This document shows, piece after piece, positions 13,436 through 25,140 of a DNA stretch of 64,000 nt; within the stretch, counting starts at the first letter, position 1; each line of letters opens with the position of its first letter. This DNA is from Podarcis vaucheri (taxonomy: Eukaryota), in assembly GCA_965113315.1 (NCBI GenBank), contig OZ220364.1, one strand, 5' to 3'. The translations under genes and the position numbers were made by a program. The notes beneath the pieces were generated by a model. It did not search any database. It was not told the DNA's origin and saw nothing but the letters and a program-made list of their open reading frames with translations.

Positions 13436-16400
13436 TCCATCACTGTGTGCAAAATATGAACTTCTCTCTGTCCTTTCCTTCAGGATGTGGATGCTGCTTA
13501 CATGAACAAAGTAGAATTGCAGGCGAAACTGGACTCCTTGACAGATGAAATCAACTTCTTGAGATGCTTGTATGAAGCTGTAAGTAGTCTTTTTGTGGCC
13601 TCCTGGGAGAACACTAGAGTGATGCGAATTTTGGGGTGGAGTTAAGAGTGAGTGACAGGTAGAGAGTCATTTGGGAAATGGCAACTGGAGGAAGAGATAT
13701 GGAAATGAGGGGTGGAGATTAGAGAGGTAATGGAAGCATATGTAAAAGAGTTGGGATTGCTGTTATGAAAGTTAGGCTAAAATGTTAGATTAGGAAATTA
13801 TTCTGTATCTGATGACTACCTGTTTTGGGTGTCACATTACTTAATTAAGTATTAGGGGTGTGCACAGGCCCTAAGTTTCCCCTTCTACCTATGTGCTTGT
13901 AAAAATTCTAGTCTGCTTCTGAGTCACTCTGTGCTGTCTCCGCTTTGATCTGTAATTCATCTCCTGAGCTACTCTGTCTAAAATGAAGCTCACAGTTTCC
14001 CCATTCACTATAATGGGAAATCTTTTATGTTCTTCATTGCTCTGCAGAAGGTGCAAAAGTGCATTGCATCCTCTCCATAAGACATCCTTGCAATGCATAA
14101 ATCCACATGCACGCAACATCGTCTGCTGTTATGACAGCAATTTGACTAGTGTACAGTGGTACCTCGGGTTACAGACACTTTGGATTACAACCTCTGCTAA
14201 CCAGGAAGTGGTTGCTCCAGGTTAAGAACTTTGCTCCAGGATAAGAAGGGAAATTGCGTGCCAGGGGCGTAGCGGTAGCAGGAGGCCCCATTAGCAAAAG
14301 CATGTCTCAGGTTAAGAACGGACCTCCGAGAACGAATTAAGTTCTTAACCCGAGGTACCACTGTATTGTAACAGCTAATTTTCATGTCCAGCTTTTGGGA
14401 TGCCAGAAAGTTCTAAGCATAGTTTTTAGAAGGACAGACTTTTTGCAGGTGTGCCAATATGGACTACGACATCCATTAGTCACCTTTAGAAAAAAAATTA
14501 GACAGATGCCTCTACCAAGGGGAGAGGTAAGTGATAAAATCGACATTTATGGTGAAAAAACATGATGTGACCATGGCGCTGTCTACATATTTATTTATTT
14601 AAGGTAGATGTACTCTACATTTTAACCAAGTGGACTCCCATGGCAGCTTACAAAAATCAGTAAATCGATTTCTTTGGCAGGAATTGAGCCAGATGCAGCA
14701 GACCGTTTCTGACACCTCCGTTGTCCTCCAAATGGACAACAACCGGAATCTGGACTTGGACAGCATCATTGCAGAGGTCAAAGCTCAGTATGAGGAAATT
14801 GCTCAGAAAAGCCGAGCAGAAGCAGAGTCTTGGTACCAGAGCAAGGTGAGTTCTCAGGCCTATCAAGCCTTGCCAGTCTAAAATGACGTCCTTGAGCAAA
14901 AACCAAATCCAAACAAACAAAGAAACTCTTGTTGTTCGTTAATGGGAAAGGCCAAATGCACACAAGGCAATGTATTAAACTAGGAGTGATCCGACTTCAG
15001 CTCCGTGTGCTTTGCTTTATTTTTACTAGAATCGCCATGGTTTTCCAATGTGTTTTACATTCGCAAATCAAGAGTGCGGGTTCAAAAATCTGCCAGTTGA
15101 GCCACAGTAACCCTGAATGAAGTGGTCCTGTCTATGCTTATGAACATACAATGTAGTGCTTTGCTGGAACAGACAAAAGGCCCCCATTATTTACAAAGAA
15201 GCCCAGCAAACAGCAGTTGGGACATAGGAAGCTGCCTTATACTAGCTCTGACCATTGGCTCAGCTGATTGAGTATTGTCTACACAGAGTGGCAGCGACTC
15301 TCTGGGGCTTACAAGCAGGGGTGGAGAACTTGTGGCCCTCCAGATGCTATTGGACTCCAACTTTCACCAGACCCAGCCAGCAGGGCCAGTGATACTGTAG
15401 TCCAACAACATTTGGATGGTCACAGGTTCCCCATGCCTGGTTCATAGACTTCCCCAGCCCTATATGTAGATCCTGGGAGTGATCCTAGGACCTTCCACAT
15501 CCGAAGTATATGTTCTACCCATGAGCTCTTGCCCTTCCCCAAGGTGCTATGTTGTCCACTGGAAACTGGCTAGTAATCTATCAGTATTGCTTTAATCAAG
15601 CTAGTCCACCAAGCACTGCAGAAACACGCCTTTCTTTTTTGGGGACAACCCTGGAAGGGTGTCAGAGGGTTTGGCAAAATCTGAGCCATTGCTCAGCTGG
15701 GTTTTTGTTTGAAGAAGATTTATCTTCTCTGATATATCACAATTTGACCCCTTTCTTCTTTCTGAATTCCAGTATGAGGAGCTGCAGCAAACGGCTGGGA
15801 AACACGGTGACAGTCTCCGTGACACCAAGGCCGAGATCTCTGAACTGAACCGGATGATTCAGAGGATACGGTCTGAAATAGATAATGTGAAGAAGCAGGT
15901 AAGGCTGGAGGAATATATGCAAGATTAACCCTAGGGTGGAGGGGGGGGGCAGAGATTTTTATTGGAATTTCACAATCTGGTCATCTTAGTCCTCTGCTGT
16001 TGTCTTAACTGCAGCAATTCATTTAGTAACACAAGGCAAGCCAAGAGATATCAAGCTGAAGTAGGATGGCCTCTTTGTTTGAGCATTATCTCCTGACCTT
16101 GCACTTCAAAAAAATATGGCACTCACAAATGGTTCCCAGTGGATGTAGGGGGCCGCTGCATGCAGGAGGAATGGTGCTGCTGGTATTAAAAATAAAAATG
16201 ATATTCCAATAATCAGTTTTTCGAATGCCTTTCAGTGTGAGAAGCTGCAGGCTTCCATTGCAGAAGCTGAGGAACGCGGTGAGCTGGCCCTCAAGGATGC
16301 CAGGGACAAATTGAATGAACTGGAGGTTGCCCTGCAGAAGGCCAAGGAAGAAATGACCCGTCTCTTGAGGGAGTACCAGGAGCTGATGAATGTCAAGTTG

Positions 16401-18695
16401 GCGCTTGATATGGAAATTGCCACCTACAGGAAATTGCTGGAAGGAGAGGAGAGCAGGTGAGTGTGATGCACAGGAAGGAGGTGTGTATCTGGACTTTGCT
16501 GAAGAGAAGACAAAAAGGGAAATCATACTGGAGCTTTCATTGCATACCTGCTTCCCCTTCCTGGGGAGGGGGAGGGAAGGCCATGAAATGTTTGACTGAG
16601 TCCAGCAGTTAAATTCTAAAAAGGTGAGGTGCCATGACTGAAGCCCACTTGGGAAGGCCGGTCCATGAGATCAGAAATGTAAGGGTGGGCAATGTATACC
16701 CATTGGCGAGGAAAGCATGTACTGCAGTGATGGGGAATCGTGGGATCTACAAACATTGCTGGGCTACAACTCCCATCATCTCTGATGGTTGTCCATGCTG
16801 AGAACTGTGGTCCAGCAACATCTGGAGGGCCATTGTTTGCCCATCCCTGATGTACTGCATACTGGGCACACATGTGAACTGGTCTGGCTCAGATTAAGCC
16901 ATGGTTAAGCTTGATGGAATGGTAAGAGCTGAGGTTAGGCTGTGGCAGTGCAAATCCTGACCGAGAGGGTTTAGGTGGATGCTGTGGCAAGAACAGGGGA
17001 AGTAGGGACATTGTTAGAGGGTGGCTCAGGGTCCTGGGGTCCTGGTTCTTTTTTTTGGGGGGGGGTTCTCTCCTCCTTTTAAAAAGACTGATTTATTTAT
17101 TTTTGGTTACTTTACTTACTGCAAAGCTAGACCCCAGCCCCCTGCCATCTTTTTTGCCCAAAGGCATCTATCCAAATATTTTCATTTTCATTTCACTTTT
17201 AATTTGTATACCCCCTTTCTATATTGCTATATGCAAAATATACAACAAAGATCATACCTCTTACAACAATAAAATCCAATGCAAATAAGTCATAATAAGA
17301 ATATGAAGCATATAAAGAACACCTGCAATTTTTACTACTACTACTATTACTACTATTACTACAAATAATAATAATAATAATAATTCTTGAAGTACGTAGC
17401 AATTCTCCTGGTGGAGAGAGGTTGGGAATGTCACAAACAAAGGCACATATCGTTCTTCTGGGATTTCCTCTGCTTCCAGTGCTGGGAGAGGTTTACAATG
17501 TGGACTGTGCAGCTGCAGCAACCACTGGAAGTTGTGGCAGGCTAGTGTGAGCTGAAGGATCATGCCTATCTGAATTGCAAGTTCTGGAAAGGGTGTCCCT
17601 GACTCTTGAAATGAAGGCCGTCTATCCGATCATGCCCACATTATTCCCTAGTGATCTTGATGGCCAAGCAAGCAGCTGCACCCGGGTCTCCTGTGTCCAA
17701 CCCTATCTGCTCTCTGCACTGCACAGCACTCACCTTCACAGTGCCTGATGATTAAAGCAACAAAGGGATTCAAAGGATTTGTTCATTGTTGTTCAGTATT
17801 TTGTGTATCAACGCCCAATTGGATCTCATCTCTTGCCTAAACATCAGGTTTTTTCTCTCCTTCACAGGATGTCTGGAGAGTGTCAGAGCACCGTGAGCAT
17901 CTGTAAGTAGTGACTCTGTACTCAACTTTTAAAATTAGTGGCACTATCCTATAACCAGCTGCTCTGGAAAATGGCATGCGCTGGCACCACTGTGTCTTGA
18001 TGTGGTTTTTACAACAGTGGTCATAGTGGAGATGCACCAAGCTCTTAAGCGCCATAGATACAGACACAGAAGGAAAGTTGTGGATGCAGAATGTGGCATC
18101 AGGGCTGTGGAAGATCCCCCCTTGTGCTATCCTGAACACATTTTGACTACTACAAATGCAACTGTGTTGGTGCAACTCCAGTGTGCTGTAGTAACATGCC
18201 AGAAAGAGGTTGAAACTCAACAAAGCCAGGGATGATGAACTGGAGGGTCACGGTTTCTCTGTCCCCAATTTTAAATGTTACAAAAATACCACGTGGGAAC
18301 AACTTTTGTATGTGATGCCGTGGTTTGCATTTCTTCATGCTCATGGGTTGATAACATTTGTAACTTATTCAAAGCAAGCCAATGAACTTCATGGATGAAT
18401 GGGGATCGTTTTGAACCCAGCATCCCTTTAGTGCAAGGATGAGGAACTTGTGGTCCTCCAGCTGCTGCTGGACTGTAACTCCCATCATTCTTGACCATTG
18501 GCCATGCTGGCAAGGGCTGATGGGATCTGGAGTTCAGCAACATATGGAAGGCAACAGATTCCCTGCTTTAGGTCTCGTTCAGTGCTTAAGCCCTTACATG
18601 CCACATACTTTCTCAATTGACTCTCATCACACGGATGACTCCTTGGCCCTGGAGGCTTTGCTTGCCTTATTTTAAGATGCAAAGTAGCTGGGAGT

Positions 18696-18755
<60 letters not shown>

Positions 18756-19207
18756 GACTTGCCATCTCTTCAGGCGATGGCTTGCATGCTCCATTGGTGC
18801 ATTCCTGGGACAGAATGCCCTGGAACAGACAGGAAGTAGCGCCACCCCCAAGCTCAGTGCTAGAGAACTACATTCCAGGCATTAATTGGCCATATTAGTC
18901 CATAAAACCACCACAATGCTAACCATGGTTGTCTTTCTTTTTAGCTATGGTTGGCTCCTCCTCTACTTCTGGCGGTGGATATGGTGGCGGATTTGGAGGT
19001 GGATTTGGAGGTGGAATGTGCTATGGAGGAGGATCTGGTGGCCTTGGTGGATTCAGCTCTGGAAGCGGAAGAGGTGTTTGCAGCATAGGAGGTGGGGGAG
19101 CTTGCTCTGTCGGCGGAGGATACGGAGGAGGTTACAGTTCTGGAGGCACCATTGTGAAAAAAACCACCACATCCTCCACTTCAATCAAGTCTTCAAGCAG
19201 GAAATAA
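8614..19207 (+). CDS. Type II keratin gene 1 (KRT4/KRT3/KRT76-like or KRT78-like family), complete, 9 exons, 569 aa
   Basis: join(8614-9135,11453-11673,13252-13312,13484-13579,14681-14845,15773-15898,16236-16456,17868-17902,18945-19207) = 1710 nt, open frame, all introns GT-AG. Exon sizes 61/96/165/126/221 are typical of type II keratins. Motifs [53 protein letters not shown]. Confidence 0.95.
11100..11230 (+). mobile_element. tRNA-derived SINE with CR1-type tail
   Basis: GGTTAGAGTG...GCAGGTTCAGTCCC head; CCTTCCAGCTCTACAATTCTATGATTCTA tail. Confidence 0.6.
11453..11673 (+). CDS. Keratin gene 1 exon 2
   Basis: ttcag|[15 protein letters not shown]...EDYKN(K)|gtaag, 221 nt. Confidence 0.95.
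13252..13312 (+). CDS. Keratin gene 1 exon 3
   Basis: ccag|[20 protein letters not shown]|gtaag, 61 nt. Confidence 0.95.
13395..13434. repeat. (TG)n microsatellite
   Basis: Read directly. Confidence 0.95.
13484..13579 (+). CDS. Keratin gene 1 exon 4
   Basis: ttcag|[32 protein letters not shown]|gtaag, 96 nt. Confidence 0.95.
14154..14363. mobile_element. Tc1/mariner (Tigger-like) MITE
   Basis: TA|CAGTGGTACCTCGGGTTA...TAACCCGAGGTACCACTG|TA. Confidence 0.85.
14681..14845 (+). CDS. Keratin gene 1 exon 5
   Basis: ggcag|[30 protein letters not shown]...ESWYQSK|gtgag, 165 nt. Confidence 0.95.
15773..15898 (+). CDS. Keratin gene 1 exon 6
   Basis: tccag|[42 protein letters not shown]|gtaag, 126 nt. 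Confidence 0.95.
16236..16456 (+). CDS. Keratin gene 1 exon 7 (helix termination motif)
   Basis: ttcag|[16 protein letters not shown]...[14 protein letters not shown](R)|gtgag, 221 nt. Confidence 0.95.
17868..17902 (+). CDS. Keratin gene 1 exon 8
   Basis: cacag|[11 protein letters not shown]|gtaag, 35 nt. Confidence 0.9.
18696..18755. repeat. (CTTT)n microsatellite
   Basis: Read directly. Confidence 0.95.
18945..19207 (+). CDS. Keratin gene 1 exon 9 (Gly-rich tail)
   Basis: tttag|(S)[16 protein letters not shown]...[16 protein letters not shown]; phase matches exon 8. Confidence 0.92.
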
Positions 19208-20512
19208 GAAGCAACAGGTGCAGTGATGACAACATCAGCATGGATGAAAGAACCATTTTTCTGAAGATATCTGCAAAGCCACCCTGAACAGAATCTTGGC
19301 GCCTTTCAAAAAAATGGACTGTGCCTCTTATGGCTGCTCTCCCAGGATATTTTTTAAGTCTTGCATTGTTTGGGTGGGATACAGACTGAGTTAGCTGAAC
19401 TTAAGTACCATTGAGTTCTGTGAGACCTGTCATTGCTAACTTGTCTCATTTATGTCAGTGGGACCTTAGTTCATCTAATGTAGTCGGTATGCAACCCAAG
19501 CAACCCAACCCAAACTTAGTCTGTAACTCACCCTTTGTTCTTAACTCATTGTTGACACATTTCATGCCCCTAACGTAATTAGGTCTAGTCAACAGATGTG
19601 TAATATGTGAAGGCTGTATTTGCATGAACAAGGATGAACAGTATTAGGTAGTTCTATAGAGGATATTCTAGGCAATGTGTGCCTTGCTTTGTACCATTCA
19701 CACATCTTTTATGTAGAGCAGCACTCTGCCCCGTGTCCTACAAGGAGGAATATCTCTATCCTAGATATCCCAGAATTCTCATTGGCTGTTCTTCAACTGA
19801 GGAGACACTTTTATCTCTTTGGTGGATTGAAACACCTGGGACAGGCTTCACTCTGGATAGGTACGGTTCACACGAGAAAACAATTCTAGGAATCAGGTTG
19901 TTTGATTCTCATAACGTTTAAAGAGTACTGCTATTTTGTCTACATTCTAACTCCTCTGAATGAAACCTGATGAGGAAATAATGTGAATTACATCAAAAAC
20001 TGCTTATGTGAACACAGCCTTCATGTTTTGCTCATTCATGCAAATCAGTGCTATTTTTCTAGAAAAAAAGAGGTGCTGGAACTCACCATAAGCACCTCCC
20101 TCATTCTCTTAAATGGCAATGGTGCCCACCTGAGAGGTTCTGGAGAGTTCTGGCTGGGGAAAAAATGCCCTGATACAAATGAATATCTTTCCAGCTACTC
20201 TCCTGTGATTACCTGCCTGTGGTTTTGCTGAGTCATAATGGTTACTTACTTAAATGAATATGCAAAATACCTGCAGCTGAAAGGTAGGGGCATGTGATCT
20301 TGCCCAAGTTACACTCCTTTAAGTCCCATTGACGCCAATGAGAGAGCTTAAGCATATGCTTAAGTCATTCCTATTGAAAGCAAGACGGCTTATCCAGATT
20401 TAACTTTAGCTGCTTTGTGCTCCACATTCTGTCTTTCTTTTTGTAATGGCCTTGAAAATCTTTTTGTTTTGGTGGTGATTCCTTTCCTCTCGCGTGTGAT
20501 CACTTGCAGCTC

Positions 20513-20518
20513 ATTAAA
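20513..20518 (+). terminator. Candidate polyadenylation signal of gene 1 (ATTAAA)
   Basis: First A(A/T)TAAA I saw after the stop; followed by a GT/T-rich tract. Confidence 0.4.
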
Positions 20519-20900
20519 CTCTAAGTGAAGAGAACAATGGTGTCTTCTGGGTTTTTGCCAAGAGCTTTTATGCTGGGATAGTAATCATGAAAGCCTTAGG
20601 ATGGAGGATAAGGCTTTCAATGACTACTAGCCATGATGACCTTCTTCTGCCTCCATTGTGAGAGGTAGTGTGTCTCTGTATACCAGGAAGTGGCAAATTA
20701 CAAGACAGGAAAGTGTTTTTGCACTCAGGTCCTGCTAGCGGGTTTCCCATAAGCATCTACTGTCTTTCCCTGAAAGTAAGAAATCCCCTGAAAATAAAAC
20801 CTACTTCCAGTTTTGCCTCTCACTGTAATATAAGGCACCCCCAGAAAATAAGACCTCCCCAATAATAAGGCCTCCCCCGAACATAAGGCCTCCCTGGAAT

Positions 20901-21474
20901 ATCATAGAATCATAGAGTTGGAAGAGACCACAAGGGCCATTGAGTCCAACCCCCTGCCAAGCAGGAAACACCATCAGAGCACTCCTGACATATGGTTGTC
21001 AAGCCTCTGCTTAAAGACCTCCAAAGAAGGAGACTCCACCACACTCCTTGGCAGCAAATTCCACTGTCGAACAGCTCTTACTGTCAGGAAGTTCTTCCTA
21101 ATTTTTAGGTGGAATCTTCTTTCTTGTAGTTTGGATCCATTGCTCCGTGTCCGCTTCTCTGGAGCAGCAGAAAACAACCTTTCTCCCTCCTCTAGGTGAC
21201 ATCCTTTTATATATTTGAACATGGCTATCATGTCACCCCTTAACCTCCTCTTCTCCAGGCTAAACATGCCCAGCTCCCTTAGCCGTTCCTCATAAGGCAT
21301 CGTTTCCAGGCCTTTGACCATTTTGGTTGCCCTCCTCTGGACACGTTCCAGTTTGTCAGTGTCCTTCTTGAACTGTGGTGCCCAGAACTGGACACAGTAC
21401 TCCAGGTGAGGTCTGACCAGAGCAGAATACAGTGGCACTATTACTTCCCTTGATCTAGATGCTATACTCCTATT
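20901..21474 (-). mobile_element. CR1 LINE 3' fragment
   Basis: [19 protein letters not shown]...[11 protein letters not shown]; (ATTCTATG)n 3' tail. Confidence 0.92.
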
Positions 21475-21934
21475 AAGGCCCCTGAAGCTACCATAAGGTG
21501 TCTTGACTTCTCTGGACCGTAGCGGTGGGTGCCACCGTGCAGCTGTTCAGGCAGTGCAAGGTCTCTTTAAATCAGAGAGCCCGCACCACCGCCAGGACAA
21601 GCTGCCACCTGTTGCTTGCTCTGCCCCGACGGAGTCTGGCTGACTCACAATTAGACAATAAATGTGTACCGTATTCTTCTTCATGGAAAAATAAGACATC
21701 CCCTGAAAATAAGACCTAGCGCATCTATGGGAGCAAAAATTAATATAAGACACTGTCTTATTTTGGGGAAAACAGAACAGTGAGAACAGTTTCTCTCTCT
21801 GTGTGTCTCCATTCTCTGCTGGAACAGAATATGGGGTTGGGGTCCATTCCCATTGCAGGTGTGAACTTCACAGCCCAAACTTCCAGTAACAGGCCAAGCA
21901 AGGCAGAGGGAGGTGGAGAAAGGGCTTTAGAGGG

Positions 21935-22366
21935 TGTAATGTGTATGGGTTGCTCGTGCGTAAGTTGTCGCCTCTCCAGGCTTTGTTGCCTTGCTAAACC
22001 TTTCAGTCTGGGCAGCCCTTCACTTCGTGGCTGCCTCAGTCACTAGCAGAATCCGTCAGTGGGCGTTTCTTAAATCTTTACCAACATAAAAGTTGTTTGA
22101 CACCCAGTCTCCTCCTACTCTCTCTGCGCGGAAGTCTTCTGCGCAGGGTGGGCGTGGGTAGCGGAGGACCCGTGCTCTCCCCGCTGGTGTCCGGTGAAGA
22201 GTCCTGGAGCCCTCTCGCTGATTCCCCCATCAGCCCCTCTATATCCCTGGTGTTGTGCTGATTTGCTTCCCCATCTGCGGAGCTGCCTCTCTCCCTGCTG
22301 GGTCCCTCTCCAGCATCATTTGAGAGCCTTCCCTCCGCCTCTAGCTCCGATGTCAGTTCCCTGACA
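21935..22366 (-). mobile_element. Solo LTR (Gypsy-like), copy A; carries an LTR-internal frame with one premature stop
   Basis: TG...CA termini, perfect 5-bp TSD GAGGG (21930-21934, 22367-22371); homologous to 25141-25597. Strand is assigned from the ORF direction. Confidence 0.75.
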
Positions 22367-23439
22367 GAGGGGGATGGCAGGAGAGGAGGCTTTGGAGGAG
22401 GGGGCAGGGAATTGGAGGTAGATGTAAAACTGGGAGGGCAGGGAAGGAATTGATGATGGAGGGGATGGGGCAAGTTAGACTGAAAGGGACTGACACATGG
22501 CATAGAGCTTGACAACGGGAGGATCTTCTAATCTGGAGCATATACAGACCACAAGCATTGGACTCTGGCCTGTCTGTGACTCCAGATTCCTTAATGCCCT
22601 TTAATCACCCTGTTCAAAAAAGGGCAAATTAGGTAGTTTCCATTTAATTGCAATAATAATCCAATTTTCCCCTCTATTCATAATTTTCAGAACCCTCTCA
22701 AACATCAGTTTCCAGGATTCTTCGAGAATAGCCATGAAAGCTAAACTTGTGGAAAACTTTGTAGTGTGAATGGCTCCCAAAGCTGAAGGGCATTTCCATT
22801 CAAATGGTGTTTGTGTGCCACGTCACGTGATCAGTTATATGGGGTGGGGCTTACCTGCTCCCCACGTACTTTATTCAAGTTGGCACCCCTGGCAGAACAT
22901 CTGAGATTACAGCAGCATGACTGAAGTAGAGTCATGTGCACAGGATTGCGTATGCAAGTGAGACCTTCCCTTAAGTGGGAAACCTCATGCTGATTCACCT
23001 TTTGCTGAGACGGCCAAATGAACGGCTAGTGTCTCGCCTTAGTTTTGTAACTTTATGCTACCAAGCACTTAACCACCACCCACAAGGAGCAATGAAAGAC
23101 GTGCGGCTTCCCTCAAGGAACTCCTCCCACTGGCTTCGCAAACCTAGATTTCAGTTTCCTTTTACACCAAGTACACAATGTTCTTGCTCTGTTAGATTAT
23201 CAGATAGAAGCAAGAAAAATGGGACAGTGACAAACCACTGGATTTTCTCTTAGCAAAACGATAGAATACAGGGGTCAGCAAACTTTTTCAGCAAGGGGCC
23301 GGTCCACTGTCCCTCAGACCTTGTGGGGGGCCAGACTATATATATATATATATATATGCTTTCGTAGATTTTCACGGGTACAGGAATGCAGGTTTTGGTG
23401 TCTTCGGGTGTCTTCCCGTGTAAGAGTCGGGGTGTCTGT

Positions 23440-23477
23440 GCGACGTTTCGACGAGGTCTCACTCGTCATCTTCAGGC
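23440..23477 (-). ncRNA. Mirror copy of the hammerhead motif in the left arm
   Basis: Reverse complement of 24581-24618. Confidence 0.6.
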
Positions 23478-24580
23478 TGGTGCTTTCGGCTTCTTGTTAC
23501 TGGAACAGAGCAGAGTTTGGTGTTTGAGTTCCTATAAATACTGTTGAGGGGTGTGGTGTATAGCCTCCAACGTTCTGGGCAGAGAGGAAGTTCCTAGATT
23601 AGTGTGCCTTTTCTTCTTTTGTTCCTTAATTACTTGAGGGATATCTTGGGTGATTTCATGAGTGATATTCTGAATATCACTGGGTGGGTCATTAAGTGTA
23701 GATTAGTTGCTAAAGCTTTCGTGTCTTGACCTCTTGAGCTTGTGAAGAGTTTTTCTGAGAAGATGGCTGTGCTGCATTTAGTTGTGCTCTGGCTTGGCTT
23801 CGTGTATAGGGGCGAGCTATGGTTTTGTGCCTTGTGCCAGCCAGATCTGTGTAGGGATTGCAGGGGGGTGCAGCATCCGGAGGTGCCACTATAGTTTGGC
23901 TACTGGATGGAGTCTGTAATATGTCTGTGGAGAGGGTCTGGGTTTGGGTCTGGTGTGGTTGATTGGTGACGGCGTTCTGTGTGCCTCTGGTTCTGGTGTC
24001 GGTTTTTGTGGGGAGGGCCTGCCAGACATCTGGAAATTAGCCCTCCCCACAAAAACCGACACCAGAACCAGAGGCACACAGAACGCCGTCACCAATCAAC
24101 CACACCAGACCCAAACCCAGACCCTCTCCACAGACATATTACAGACTCCATCCAGTAGCCAAACTATAGTGGCACCTCCGGATGCTGCACCCCCCTGCAA
24201 TCCCTACACAGATCTGGCTGGCACAAGGCACAAAACCATAGCTCGCCCCTATACACGAAGCCAAGCCAGAGCACAACTAAATGCAGCACAGCCATCTTCT
24301 CAGAAAAACTCTTCACAAGCTCAAGAGGTCAAGACACGAAAGCTTTAGCAACTAATCTACACTTAATGACCCACCCAGTGATATTCAGAATATCACTCAT
24401 GAAATCACCCAAGATATCCCTCAAGTAATTAAGGAACAAAAGAAGAAAAGGCACACTAATCTAGGAACTTCCTCTCTGCCCAGAACGTTGGAGGCTATAC
24501 ACCACACCCCTCAACAGTATTTATAGGAACTCAAACACCAAACTCTGCTCTGTTCCAGTAACAAGAAGCCGAAAGCACCA

Positions 24581-24618
24581 GCCTGAAGATGACGAGTGAG
24601 ACCTCGTCGAAACGTCGC
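24581..24618 (+). ncRNA. Minimal type I hammerhead ribozyme motif (PLE pLTR)
   Basis: GC-CUGAAGA-U-GACGAG(UGAGAC)CUCGUC-GAAA-C-GUC-GC: conserved core, 6-bp stem II, palindromic ACGU helix III, GUC triplet; helix I only 2 bp. Confidence 0.6.
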
Positions 24619-24667
24619 ACAGACACCCCGACTCTTACACGGGAAGACACCCGAAGACACCAAAACC

Positions 24668-24670
<3 letters not shown>

Positions 24671-24714
<44 letters not shown>
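24671..24714. repeat. (TA)n microsatellite (right flank of the Penelope insertion; left flank 23337-23357)
   Basis: Read directly. Confidence 0.95.
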
Positions 24715-24716
<2 letters not shown>

Positions 24717-25140
24717 GGGATTGCACCAGGCAGGCCCCACAAACAACCCAGAGATGCATGTTAACTAAAAGGACACATTCTACTCATGTAAAAACACACT
24801 GATTCGTGGACCATCCGTGGGCCGGATTTAGAAGGCGATTGGGCTGGATTCGGCCCCCGGGCCTTAGTTTGCCAACCCATGCAATAGAGGAAAAAACCTA
24901 GTAAATGAAATCAAAGGGAATGACCTCTTGCCAAACAGCAAAGCAAACGTTACACAAACATGGGTAAGTGCACATATGCTTATGTACATGAAGTGTACAC
25001 TAGTTGTGATAAGATTATGGGTCTTCTTCATTTTCTCCCACGTGAGCAACAATGGAGGAGTGGGATTGAATTGACAGCCCCATTTGCAACTTTCACATGT
25101 ATATTGGCTTTGGAAAACAGGTGGAAAGGTCTATCAGTGG

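Larger units (their letters stand above)
23358..24672. mobile_element. Penelope-like element insertion in inverted (palindromic) configuration
   Basis: Arms 23386-24018 and 24040-24672 (633 bp each). The 21-bp spacer reads LPDIWKL, resembling the end of a PLE GIY-YIG ORF. Hammerhead motif in each arm; flanked by (TA)n on both sides. Confidence 0.8.
23269..24881. mobile_element. hAT-type MITE split by the Penelope insertion
   Basis: Imperfect TIRs CAGGGGTCAGCAAACT / AGTTTGCCAACCCATG with GGGCC-rich subterminal repeats. Confidence 0.6.

Noticed and set aside
8614-19207. Gene 1 as a cysteine-rich hard (claw/hair-like) keratin
   Set aside because: Only about 13 Cys in 569 aa, with Gly-rich ends; fits a soft epithelial keratin.
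23944-24348. 134-aa ORF across the palindrome centre as a gene
   Set aside because: A chimera of the inverted arm and the PLE ORF's C-terminal tail.
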